Of a DNA stretch of 64,000 nucleotides, positions 44,424-56,300 are shown one piece after another (the first letter of the stretch is position 1; each line of letters opens with the position of its first letter). The notes below the pieces were generated by a model that made no database searches, had not been told where the DNA came from, and saw nothing but the letters and a program-made list of their open reading frames with translations. Source of the stretch: Amoebophrya sp. A120 (lineage: Eukaryota > Protista > Dinoflagellata); contig CAJINV010000017.1 in assembly GCA_905178155.1 (NCBI GenBank), positions 62,001 to 126,000 of the forward strand. Direction: 5' to 3'. The translations under genes and the position numbers were made by a program.

Positions 44424-45180
44424 TAGTGCGAGGACGAGTGAAGACATTGTTACGGACGGCGCGGTACTACGAAGTGACTGACTGCTCTGATAACGCGAGG
44501 AACTACAAGGCGCGGGACATGTATACAAAGACAAAAATAGAATCAGATCGCACCAGGCGCTTCGAAAGCGGCCCATGGAAGATAGATAAATTGCTTTTTC
44601 ACTTTTTGTCTCTCCTGCATGCGATCGACCTGGTGTAGTTTCTGGCCGACGACCGATCCGATCATCGATTTTTCGGAAAGTGCGTCGCATCGATAAAGAA
44701 GATCAGTTCAAAAACAGGATCTTTCTTTCATCTGAGCGAGGTGAAAAAATGCTGTATTTCCAAAAATGGAGCGTTAACGTTCTGAATTTGATCTGATGAA
44801 GATCTCGTCATGATTTCTATAGTCGAAGAGGGGACGAATGGCAGCAGTGGCGTACAAAAGGTCAACGTCAACCGCTCTCGTCAAGCATGATAGCACATGA
44901 GTTCTTTGCCTGCGGGTGCATGTGCAACATAATGGAATGAAGGAATCCTGGTGATGATCTGAAAGAGTTTGCGCTTTATCCTCAACGCTCCGGCTTCCAT
45001 CAAGCAACTACAGCAATGTTGTATTGTCTTCATTCATCCCTACCTTCATTTCATATCGAATCTTAGAAGCAGTGTAGTGCTGGCGCATTCGGTTCTCTTT
45101 ATATTCGATTGTCTTCCTCCACCCTGATTACAATTCGAACTCGTACCCCACCAGAAGAAGACCAACACCTAAAAATAATC

Positions 45181-46278
45181 ATGGCCGCGATGATCTCCCC
45201 AGCACCGCCGGGCTCCTTTGCCAAGTACAGTTGGGTTAGGTTGCAAAACCTGCAATCCTGCCCGGAGTTGAACGGGCGCATCGGCCAAGTCTTCGACTAC
45301 AAGTTCAACGAAGAAAAGCAGGTCGGACGTTTTGAGGTTTTTGTCCCCGAACTGGATGGCGTTTCCGAGGCGGAGTTCTGTAAGGCATTCGAGGTAGGTT
45401 ACGGCGAAGAGGATGTCCACGGTGATGAACTGCGCCTGCTTACGTGTCAATCTCCACTGCATGACGGGCTCGCGACGAGAATCTTTCCGGCGTTAACCGA
45501 CGAAAAGTACCGCAAGAAGGTCCAGGCTCACAAACTCCTGAAGCCGGAGAACTTGATCCCTTACGAGGGACAGCTGGTCACCGCGACGGTGGTGCACGGC
45601 AGCCGCCACCCCCCGTCCGGGAAGTGGGAAGAAGTCCAGCTGCCGTTGGAACACCCAATTTTCTCAATGTCTGCGGAAATGGCAACCAAGGGCGGGAACT
45701 CCGGAGTTTTGAACCGCTTCGGAGTGCCGCTGATGGTCGTCCGACTTCCGACGGACCGCACGAGCGAGGATCGCGAGATGTACCAGAACCAGGTTGCGAC
45801 TTTTCTGAAGGTGCCCGTCCTTGTGAAAGATGGTGACGGGTTAGGGTTTGCGCCGCTGCATTGGCAAGACTTCGTCGGTCCAGTGGTCATTTTTCGGCCA
45901 TGCTACCACGCCAAGAACGCCGGTCGTCCCGCGAGCGAGGCAGAAACGGTTGCAGGAACAGCAGCTCCGAAGCACTTCACGGAGCTAGACCTGGAGGTCG
46001 TCTGGGAAATCCTGTACAACTATGTGGAGGACTCGGAAAGCATCAAGGAAAAGGACCTGACTCCTGCCATTTTTGAGAAGAAGGTGAAAAACTATCTCAG
46101 CGCAGCGGATGATTGGAACCGGAAGTCCATGGCCATTTTGAACGACGACCAATCCATCCCCATCGAAATCAGGGAGCAGCGGTTGCTCGAGCATCAGAAG
46201 ACGATGCCGGGGCGGGGCCCGGGTGAAAGGTTCTTCCAGCAGAATTTGGTGCCGACCACCGAGGGCGCGTTGGCGTGA
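45181..46278 (+). CDS. Hypothetical protein
   Basis: Intronless 365-aa ORF with GC3-rich codons. The N-terminal VRLQNLQSCPELNGRIGQV motif is of a type common in algal/dinoflagellate proteins; function unknown. Confidence 0.75.
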   Translation: MAAMISPAPPGSFAKYSWVRLQNLQSCPELNGRIGQVFDYKFNEEKQVGRFEVFVPELDGVSEAEFCKAFEVGYGEEDVHGDELRLLTCQSPLHDGLATRIFPALTDEKYRKKVQAHKLLKPENLIPYEGQLVTATVVHGSRHPPSGKWEEVQLPLEHPIFSMSAEMATKGGNSGVLNRFGVPLMVVRLPTDRTSEDREMYQNQVATFLKVPVLVKDGDGLGFAPLHWQDFVGPVVIFRPCYHAKNAGRPASEAETVAGTAAPKHFTELDLEVVWEILYNYVEDSESIKEKDLTPAIFEKKVKNYLSAADDWNRKSMAILNDDQSIPIEIREQRLLEHQKTMPGRGPGERFFQQNLVPTTEGALA

Positions 46279-47105
46279 GAAACCACACAAGAACGCGCTG
46301 ACAGCGTCAGGATTTCTTAATTAATACTCACCCCCACAGTTATTTGCCCCCGAAGCTGTCAACTTGAGCCATGATGTCGGTCTGACGCTGACCGTAAAGA
46401 ACTAGATGACGAAAAGATAAAGAATTTATATACCCCTCGCAGTCGCAACCGCATTTACATTGGGTTTGCATTTGAGCTGCTTGTTGCTTTTTCTAACCTA
46501 CACCAACAATTTTAGCACGAGAAAACTGCGCCCTGAAATAAAAGACTAAAATCAAAATGCGAAAAACATCCTTTAAAAATTTTATGTTTATCTTCTTACT
46601 TTGAAACGTGAAGTCAAGAGAACACCTGAAAGAATAAAACCCGATGAAAATGATGCACGAACTAATGGGTGAATAAGAAAAGGAAGACATCTACAACTCG
46701 TCCGCTCGATTTTCTCTTCATCCTCTCACTGCACGACCGGCCATCTTGTTAAGTGATGCTCTCGTCACTTTCGTCTTTCAGTATCGTGGTGGATAGTTTC
46801 TGGAGGATAGCACGAAATTATTTGCGAGTAACTTTTTGTGTATACGATGAACGACGAGAGACAATTGATTGCACATGGACCACCGTGTGCTGAGAGTTGT
46901 ATGATTCAACATGGCAAGAACTACTTGGTGCTATAAGTAAGCGTTCTCACACTGCTAATCAATGTTGCCAACAGCAGTGAATGACAGCAGTCATTGATGT
47001 TATTTTATTTTTCTCGAGTTGTCGTGCAACCCCCGCTTCCGTGTTTAAACTTTTCTTTGTCCTTGTTGTGTGCTAGGCTTCATTCTCTTCTGTCGCTTAC
47101 AAAAC

Positions 47106-49646
47106 ATGTTCACCGCAACAGCTGCTACCGCGAGCTGCAGCTCGACTGCGCGCTGCTGGTTACGGCACGGCGCCGAGGCCACTGCGAGATACAACCGACG
47201 CAGCCCCCCGCACCAGCAACTCCAACTTGTAAAGATGCTCCAGGCCGCCACACCAAGTGCCTACAGGAGATCGAAGATTTATTCCAGACGAAGCACCACT
47301 CGATGTTTCTCGTCCGCGTCTGACGTGCCGATAGTCCCGATGATCATCAACGGGGAAAAGATCATCTCCAAAACGGAAAAGTTCTTTGACGTGCACAACC
47401 CTGCCACCGGGGAGCTGATCGCCAAAACGCCTTTGTGTCTCCCCTCCGAAATGGAGGAAGCGGTGGCTGGGTGCAAGGAGGCGTTCAAATTTTGGAAGAA
47501 GGTCGCGCCGAGCAGCCGTGCCCGTGTGATGCACAAGTTCGAGGCGAAAATACGGGAAAACACGGAGGAGTTGGCACAACTCATCACCAAGGAACAGGGG
47601 AAGACCATTGCGGATGCAAATGGTGAAATTGAATGTCGAAATTCATGAATTAGAATTTCCATATTAAGATATCTCATCTGTGTGTTCGTCCGCATCCATG
47701 TGGGACGACCTTGCAGAAGCGCAACATATCAACAAAAAGAATCTACTTACGACCAAAAAACACGCAGGCGACATCTTCCGCGGTCTCGAAGTTGTCGAAA
47801 TGGCCTGCGCTCTCCCCTCCTGGCTGCAGGGCGAGTCTCTGCAGAACATCGCGGACGGCGTGGATTGCCATTCCTACCGAACGCCGTTGGGCGTCACCGC
47901 CGGGATCGCGCCGTTTAACTTCCCGGCGATGATTCCTCTATGGATGTTCCCCTTTTCCGCCGGTTGCGGGAACACCATGTTGATGAAACCGTCGGAACGA
48001 GTGCCGTTGTCCTATTCAGAGGAAAAATCCCCCCTCCCCATATCAAAACGAAGTTTCTGATGCTGGATTTGCGTACACAAATCAGATTTGTCTTGCTGGA
48101 GAGGACGGCAGGCTTATACTAAGCCCGAACTGGGAGGCTTTGATCTAGGCACTGAGCATGGCAAACGTGTAGTCTCTAGGGCCAACAGCATCACAAACCG
48201 CCAACAGCGTGCGGCAGAGCCTGCGCGGTTGCGTCCTTGCAAGACAGAGACGATTTGAGGTCACAAATCAGCATGACAAATTTTCTGGGGCGTGCCTTTT
48301 CGATATGGGGAGGGGGGATTTTTCCTTACGATATGTCCACCATCCGCCTCATGGAGCTCGCGAAGGAATCCGGCCTGCCGGATGGGGTCTGCAACGTGAT
48401 CCACGGCACCTTTGACGCGGTAAACTTCATCTGCGACCACGAAGACATCAGGGCGATCTCCTTTGTGGGCGGGAATTCCGCCGGGGAGCACATCTACGAA
48501 CGGGCGGCCAAAACCGGAAAGCGCGCGCAGTGCAACATGGGCGCGAAGAACCACTGCATTGTGCTTCCGGACGCGGACCCGGACACGGTGGTGAACGCTT
48601 TAGCCGGGGCTTCTTGCGGCGCCGCCGGGCAGCGGTGCATGGCGATCTCCGTGGCGATCTTCGTCGGCAGCGCGAAGGAAATGATCCCGAGGATCGCAGA
48701 AGCGGCATCGACGCTGAAAGTGGGGAGAGGTACTACCAAAGGAGGGCGTTTGATGGCAAGTTTGTAATATTTGTTTTGCTGAAATGATAGATTTTTTGGA
48801 AGTAGATAGTGACGGCACTCAAAGCAAATGCACTGAGCCTTCACCTTCTGAAGATGCCTAACCTGCTAAATAAATCCGTCCTCCAGGTACCGAGCCCGGC
48901 GTGTCTATCGGTCCTCTGATTTCCAAGGAGGCCAAGTCCCGCGTTGAAACCGCAATCCAGTCGGGAATTGACCAGGGCGCCGAGCTTCTGATCGACGGCC
49001 GGAATCCTACCCTTTCGGACGCGAGTCTCCAGAACGGATATTTTGTGGGTTCCTCGGTGTTCAGCAAAGTCACAGCCGACATGGACATCTACCAGAAAGA
49101 GATTTTCGGGCCGGTGCTCAGCTGCATGGAAGTGGAGACGTTTGATGACGCTTTGCAAATTTCGAACAATAACCCCTACGGAAACGGGTGCGCGGTGTTC
49201 ACGCAGTCCGGGTTCAATGCCAGGAAGTATGTGGATGAGGTACTGAGCGTACTAGTACTGATTGTGATGAAGGGCTTTATTCGTCGTGTCTTGTCACTTC
49301 ATGTTGCGTCTTTACATTTGAGTGGGCACGGCTTATGAAGTAGCAGCACCGGTGATCGCGATTCAGCATGAGACGAAATTTTTTTTGCAAGACAAGATCC
49401 CGATCGCAAAAAATCCTTGACCCCCCACAGATTGAAGCGGGCCAGGTAGGTGTGAACCTGCCCATTCCAGTTCCGCTTCCCATGTTTTCCTTCACGGGGA
49501 ATAAGAAGTCCATCCGTGGGGACCTGAATTTCTACGGGAAGGCCGGCATGCAGTTCTTTACACAATGGAAGACCGTGACGAGCAATTGGCGGCAGACAAA
49601 GAGCAGCGAGCAAAAGGTGCAAGCGAGCATGCCGATCATGAAGTAG
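47106..49646 (+). CDS. ALDH6A1: Methylmalonate-semialdehyde dehydrogenase (acylating), mitochondrial. Exons 47106-47622, 47768-48012, 48339-48729, 48887-49239, 49431-49646
   Basis: [107 protein letters not shown]. Confidence 0.97.
48013..48333. mobile_element. TIR introner in the ALDH6 CDS, direct repeat TGTCC
   Basis: tattcagaggaaaaatcccccctccccatatcaaaa ... ttttcgatatggggaggggggatttttccttacgata. TGTCC at 48008-48012 and 48334-48338. Removal restores [17 protein letters not shown]. No GT-AG pair at the ends. Confidence 0.95.
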
Positions 49647-50396
49647 GTGGTTGAAATTCAACACGGGATTTTTTCAACAATGACTGTTCTTGTGTAACCA
49701 TAGCATCAGTTACTTCACCAGCTTAAGGGAGTTGTATGGGCCACGTAGCTACTTAGATTTTTGCAGAGCTATCAATTTGCGCACGGATTTGCATATTGGT
49801 TGTGATCAAGAACGCTGGACGACTTGCAACTATACCAGAGGTGGCTCGCAGACAAGTAGTTGTACATCTCTTAGGTGGACGAGGTGGTGTTCTCTTCCCA
49901 ATATCTGCAGTACCAGGCTCTTATTGGTAGAGCGTAAAAACTCTGTTTTTTTCCGTTTGAAGATGACAAGATCGACCGGCGCACGACTACGTCTACTTAA
50001 GGCCGCGCATACAAGTGCAGATGTTTCGTCAAGCGATGCTCCCACCGTGGCCGCTGTGGAGAGCAAAAATAAGATCCCGTCGTGAGCAACCTTCTTGCTG
50101 GTGTGGATGTCGTGCTTTGATCCGCATCGAGGTTCGTTTCCCTCTAGTCTCGGTGAGGCTCTGTATCTTCGTTATCGTAATTGTTAAGGTATTAAAGAAC
50201 ATCTCCTCGTCAGGTATTTTCAAATTGTGTGATCGTGTTTGTGATCATCATCTCTCTGAGATCATTGAGTATGTAGCAACAGTACCGAGAAAACTACACG
50301 TGAAAAAATACACGACTACGCGGACTTAGATTTACGATTTTTAATCCGAACCAGCACCAATAAAAGCAATAACTCTACCCCAAATAAACAGACGCG

Positions 50397-53300
50397 ATGA
50401 AAACAGACACAATGACCTCTGAGCAAGACGAGGACGAAGAGGACCTTTTGGTCGAGGAAATTTTCAAGTACCGAAAGCTTCTCGAGGAGACCCGTGACAC
50501 GGTGGAATATATCCTGGAACAGCAAGACAAATCCCAGATCGGAGATTCCCTCGACCTTCCCAACTCCCTTTTTTGGCAGACGAGATTTTTTATCCACAGA
50601 GCACTATCTGGACTACATCATAAAGCACATTGTTCGAAAAAAGAGAAAGTTTTTCACAAAAAGGACGCGGCTTGGAAGGACCATTCCGAGTATTTCACAG
50701 CGGAAAACTTAGTCCGCGAGGTTGTATATTGTTCGGACAGCAACAGCCTGTCAAGCGGGGAACAGCAGTCCTACAGTCTCTTAACGGCTTCGGAAGTTCG
50801 GTCCTTGGCCGTTGTCTTCGCGTTCCGCTTGCTGTTCCGAAGATGCTTCAAACGGAAAAGCGAGGAAACGACGGCGAAAAACGTCGCCCAAAAGGTGAAA
50901 GAGGTGAAGTTTCTACGAGAGTTCGTGCAGAAACTTTTGGATTTGCGACTACTCAAGGGAGATGAAAACACCACGACAGATAATTTAGACACACGACATC
51001 AGAGTTGTTGGGAATACGCTTTGCAGTCCAGCCCCGCAACTTCGAGCAGCTCAACAGGGGAACAAGGTCGCCAGAGCAGTTCCTGTAGTCCTGTAACGGA
51101 ACTACAAGTAGTAGATTCGAGCTGCTCGGGCGGAACTGGTATCAATGCAGAACAAGCTGTTGAAAGTGAAATTCAACATTTTCCCGCTGCTCCAGGGTTC
51201 TTGTCGAAGGGAAAGAAGAAGAAGCTGAGAAAGAAGAAAAAAGAACAGCAGCTCGCCGCCTCGCCATCGCCGGTGGATGGAGATCAACATTATGGCGCGA
51301 CGTCGGAGGCCGAGGCGGGTTGGAACATCAAAGATGAAACCCACGACAATCATCATGTGCCCATCTGGTCAGCGAAAAGGATCGGAGAAGCGATTGCGGC
51401 CGCCGTTGCCATTGAGTTGCGAGTTCGAGACCGGGACCGGCGAGAAAAACGCGCCACACAGGCACATCTACAGGCCCCCGTCCGAGAGGAATCCGAGACG
51501 TCTTTTTTTGCCAAAAACACCTTCTGCTGGTTCGCGGAGACGCAAGCAGGCCTCAACTTTTCCCAACTCGCCGCGGGGCTACTCGCGTTGGCGAAGGACA
51601 ACGTGAATGATCTTTACTTCAAGGAGCGAATGGCATCGAAGAAATGTTTATCGGAGTCCGCGAATATGGACAGCGAAGTCGCCGGGGCGATTTTGCAAAG
51701 CGCTTACCGATACGGGAATCAGAAGACCGGTCCGATCGGTTCTGCGTCGGATCTATGGCTGGATTCTCTCGTCGCCTGCTGCCCACCGCCGGCGACCATG
51801 GGAGGTAGTTTGGGCAGCTCTGTTGACCCGGACACGAAGAAAGTGTCGCACGAGGAGGACGAGGAGGTGCATCTTCGTCCGGACTACACCAGTAATTGTA
51901 ATGTGTACACGCTCAGCTCGCTTTTCTTTTCCTCAACGTTGCCAAACACGGCTCAGGAATTGGTATTGTGGTTTGCGGGAGCGGATACGATAGTTGATAA
52001 GAGAAACGAGGAACCGTGGACGACCAGCTCCGACAAGAACAAAATTGAATGTACAAATACAAGGCAACCGCAAAAATTATCGCCTGGAAATTGTTCGATA
52101 CAAAGCAACCGTTCGCAGAGCGAGTCGCTTCTCCCTCTGAAGCAAATCTTCCAGCTCTGCCGGCCCGATATCGGAGGCAGCTGGAGCTTTATTCCGACTT
52201 TGAAGCAGCTGGTGGCTGTGATCGTCTCTGATGCGTTTTGGAAAAATAAAGGCCGAAAACCAGAAAACGGAGGCGCGCCGACTATAGTAAATCGACGCGG
52301 AAGGGACCACGACGAATTCGAGTTGGAGTCAGCCCGTGGAGCAGATCCACCGACGTCGAGCACAAGCTACCGTGAAGCAGCAGGACATGTACATGATATC
52401 ATAGACCCGGCAAAGGTTCTTCGATTTTACCGCGACTTTGCCCAAACACTTACCGACCAGCTCCCGGCGAACCACAAGGACTCAATCGATTGGCCGGAAG
52501 TGCTGTTTTCTGGATTCACGATCGAAATTTTTAGCTTGATCGAAGCGCCAGAGGGGGTGGAAGACAAGGCAATCGTGGAGATCATGCGGGGCTTCTTATT
52601 CAGCGAAGCAGGGGAGTCCGCGTCCTACCCTTTTTGCATCACCAAGTACGCCACGGATGCCGAGTGCCTGCGGTTTTTCTACTTCTGCCACGCGGTCAAG
52701 GTGTTTCAGCCTGCTCGAGGGCCAAAGGCACTTGGAAAGCAGCATGTTGACATAAAATTCGATGAAAGAAAGCAGAAAGTCGATCTCCAAAAAGATGACG
52801 CCGGAGTGGCACGCGCACAACTTCTGGAAACCGAACGAACAGAGCCAGTACTACATCCTGAAACTGTCCAAATCGAACTCCTGCCCTTTCTATACCCTTG
52901 GGGAGCTGGTGGCGTAACCAACGCGGTGAAAAAACAGACACGGATGCTGACGGAGGATTGTGAATTCCCGGTGTCGCAGGAGTTTGTGATGAACAAAATG
53001 TATGTGGAGTATCCGGAAATTTTCGCCACGGAAAATGGCCCGAACTGCGAAACCTCCCCGACGACGAGATGGCGGCTTCTACTCTTTTTGATCAAAGCGC
53101 ATGCGATCCAGAGTGCATACGATTCCGCGGGCGAGGGAAGATCATCGCGTTGCGATAAAGATAAAGATAAAGCGGCCACCATGGAAGAAGTTGCCCCGCC
53201 GCTTCCCTTCGAACTCGTCTTGTCGTGCTGTGGAAAGGTTCTCGACTCAATCGGCGGCTTGGAGGTCGAGGACCACAGCGCACAGGACCTGTCTTCTGCG

Positions 53301-56300
53301 GAAAGCGGCGAAGATCGTATTTCGGTGGACCGAAATTTTAAGGGAAGGCAGCAAATCGAAATTCCGGCCTTCTCCAGCCTAGATTTCCTTGCCTCACTCT
53401 TCCGCCTCCCGGAACTCGCGGACCGAGGGGAATTGAGCCAGTGGCCGCCGGTGCACTACCCGGCAGAGGTGGAGGGTGTTACTATCGAAAATTGCGATGG
53501 CACTTGTTCCTCGTCGAGAGGGAAAAGCTACAGACCCACCCCGAGCCCGTCGATCAACAGCAACATGCTGTGTTTCTACGACCAAATGGTGCGGTTGGCG
53601 TGCGGGCCGGTAAATGGTGCGAAATTGCTCGACCACTACGACGAGCAGGAGGATGCACGAGCAATGCCCTGTGCGGCACATCGACATCATAGCAGGCTGC
53701 TCAAGCAGCAGATGGTGGTGAATTTAGGAAAGCTGTATCCAAGAAAAAACACCCATCCCCATCCAATTTGTCATGCAGAACATGCATAAAATCCGCTATA
53801 TGTCATGTAAAAAATGGATGGGGATGGGTGTTTTTTTCTCGATAAGCTGCTAGGAATTTTGGAAGCAGACAGGAATAAAACTACGTCAACTACTTTACTT
53901 ACGCCAGGAAATAGTAGAACAGTAACAGCAGGTCAAGAAGGGCAACGCAACTACAAAATCGATGCCGCGAGACAAAAGCTTTTGCAGTTTATCGACCAAG
54001 AAACAGTGGCAATTCATCTAGGGAGCTGCGCTGATCTCCATTCCAAGCAGAATGACGCGTCGAAGAGCGTGCCGGAACAAGAACAAACTGTCCCTCTCCT
54101 ACGCAGCAGCTCGAGCAGCTCCGCGAGGACATGTTCTTCACAACTAACAAGTGTGAACAACCTCCGACAGCTGTTTTGGGACAAATATCGCATCTTCCTT
54201 CTACCGGACCCCGCGTCCCGATTGCGCTGCAAAGATCGAGGACCACCAGCGCCTGCTCCAGGTCTTTCTGCAGCGGCAATGGAGAACAACAACAAAGAGA
54301 GCGTCGATATTCAAGGCGGTAGAAACAAAAAACCCAACCCGAAGAGCAAAAAGAAGAAGGATAAGGCAAAAACAAGTGACAGCAAGAACGCAACATGCTC
54401 GACGTCACGACCCGTGATCCAGCCAGGAGTAGAAAGTGAACAAGCAAAGCCGCGTGGTGATGAAACTTCAACTTCTGTGGATTTTCATCCCGAGTGCGAG
54501 TTGCGAAGGGTTGCGCAGAGTGTTAAGGCGATTCGTGGTTTAATTGAGAACAGTATCGCCCTGGCGGACGCCAGACAACAGGTGGACGATGCGATGGCGA
54601 TGCAGGAAATTGAAGACGATTCTTCAGGAGAGGATAGTAGCGTGATATCCGTCGCTGTCCGCTCAGAGCCATGCGCCGTGGTGAAGAACATTGCTGATAC
54701 AACAGAACAACAAAATAACTCTCGCCGTGCTTCATCGCCTAAACGTTCCAACCTTTCATCTGGTTCGACCGACAAGAATGCCGCTATCTGCAGCAGTATT
54801 GTGCGTGAGCAGGAGATCCCGGTGCCTCTCCTCGCAGATGAAGGTTTGCAAGCTGCAGGGAAAGAACAAGTGGTTCGTGGCGTACTAGCAGAGAAAGAGA
54901 CTGTCAACATGAACGTCGAAGACCCGCCAAATAACGTGACAGCAGCTATTTGTGTCGATGATCTCACCGCACCAGACCACGCGGACCAGCAGCAAAATGT
55001 TGATGCCCCACAGCTGTTGATTGGACAAGAACAGCTTGACGAAGCTGAGGATCAGCATGATGTCGAATCGCGTGATGTTGAAAACCAGGCACTACATCAA
55101 GGTGGGCAACAACTAACCGCGACTCTGAGTGTAACTTCCTATCCCTACGACCCGGAAAATCCGCCGCGGTCCGAGTCGGAGGAGGACGGGATCGACGAAA
55201 ACCAGAACAATCCGCCGTGGTGCGACGAAATTAAGCAGTGCCGACCGGTCATTTTTGGAATTCGGGAAGAGGAGGAGGAGGACATTGACGAAGAAGATGA
55301 CTCCTTCGAAGAAGTAGACTTGATGAACGAGAGCATCCTGAACTACTTGCCTGGCAATTTGGACGACCAGCACGAAGGACTATTTTTACCAACCCAACCC
55401 CTGCACCCAAACGCCGTGTTCCTCAGCACTACCGCGAGAGCGTCCGCCGGGGCGGGGGGTTGGATTGATTTCGAAGTCCTCGATGAGCAGATGAACTCTC
55501 GTGGTGCAACTTCTGAGATGGCGCCAACATCGTCGCAGGGGAACTACCGAGCAGCGGAAAAACTGGCGGCGCCACATCACGGGGAGAGGGCACGACCAGC
55601 ACACGAGAAGTTATACCACTCGACTTTGCCGAACGTGCACGATGGAAAACAAGTACCGGGAGGTGAAACAAGCATTGTTGATGCATTCGACAGTCGTTGT
55701 ACTGTGGACCAGCGAACCTTTCCCGAAAAAGAAACCAGATCACCTGGTGCACGATCAGTTGTTCAATCAGATTTATCGTTAGCAGAACGTGGAAGCTTCT
55801 TGAGTCCGAAGCCGAGCACAACTTCCGCTCCTCGACCAGACCCTCAGCCCTCACTTGCGCAGGTGCTCCAGACGAAAATTCTAGCGCCAGTACGGGAGCG
55901 ATATTGCTGCACGACCACGGCAGTAAATCTTCACAACATGGACGACGACCACGGGGGACCAAAGGAAGCCGAAGACGCAAAGCTGCAGCGGATTTCGGTG
56001 GAAGCGGAAATTGGCAAGATTTTGTCAAATCTCGAAGCCTTAACCGAACAGGAAAAGTTTGTGGAGTTGTACCAAACACCTACGGCAGACGAAGTTCTCG
56101 ATCAGCAGGCGATGAGCACAACTAGAAGAGCAGCTACTTACAGGAACCACGAACAGGAGTTGAAGACCTTGGTTCGGAGGCAGGGCGAGGAGATGGCGGA
56201 TGTGCTACGAAGAAATCAGGCGGCGATGTCTTCTTCTTCTTCTTCTCGAAGAAATAAGAGCGGAACAACAAGCGGAGCAAATGCTTCTACAACTTTTGCA

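Noticed and set aside
17054-49646. Pseudogene or alternative genetic code explanation for broken ALDH ORFs
   Set aside because: All breaks coincide with GT-AG introns or TIR elements. The reconstructed proteins keep catalytic residues and use standard stops.
3415-53844. CRISPR array or other prokaryotic system suggested by recurring repeats
   Set aside because: The repeats are inverted, dispersed and embedded in intron-containing eukaryotic genes. There is no repeat-spacer periodicity and no cas gene.
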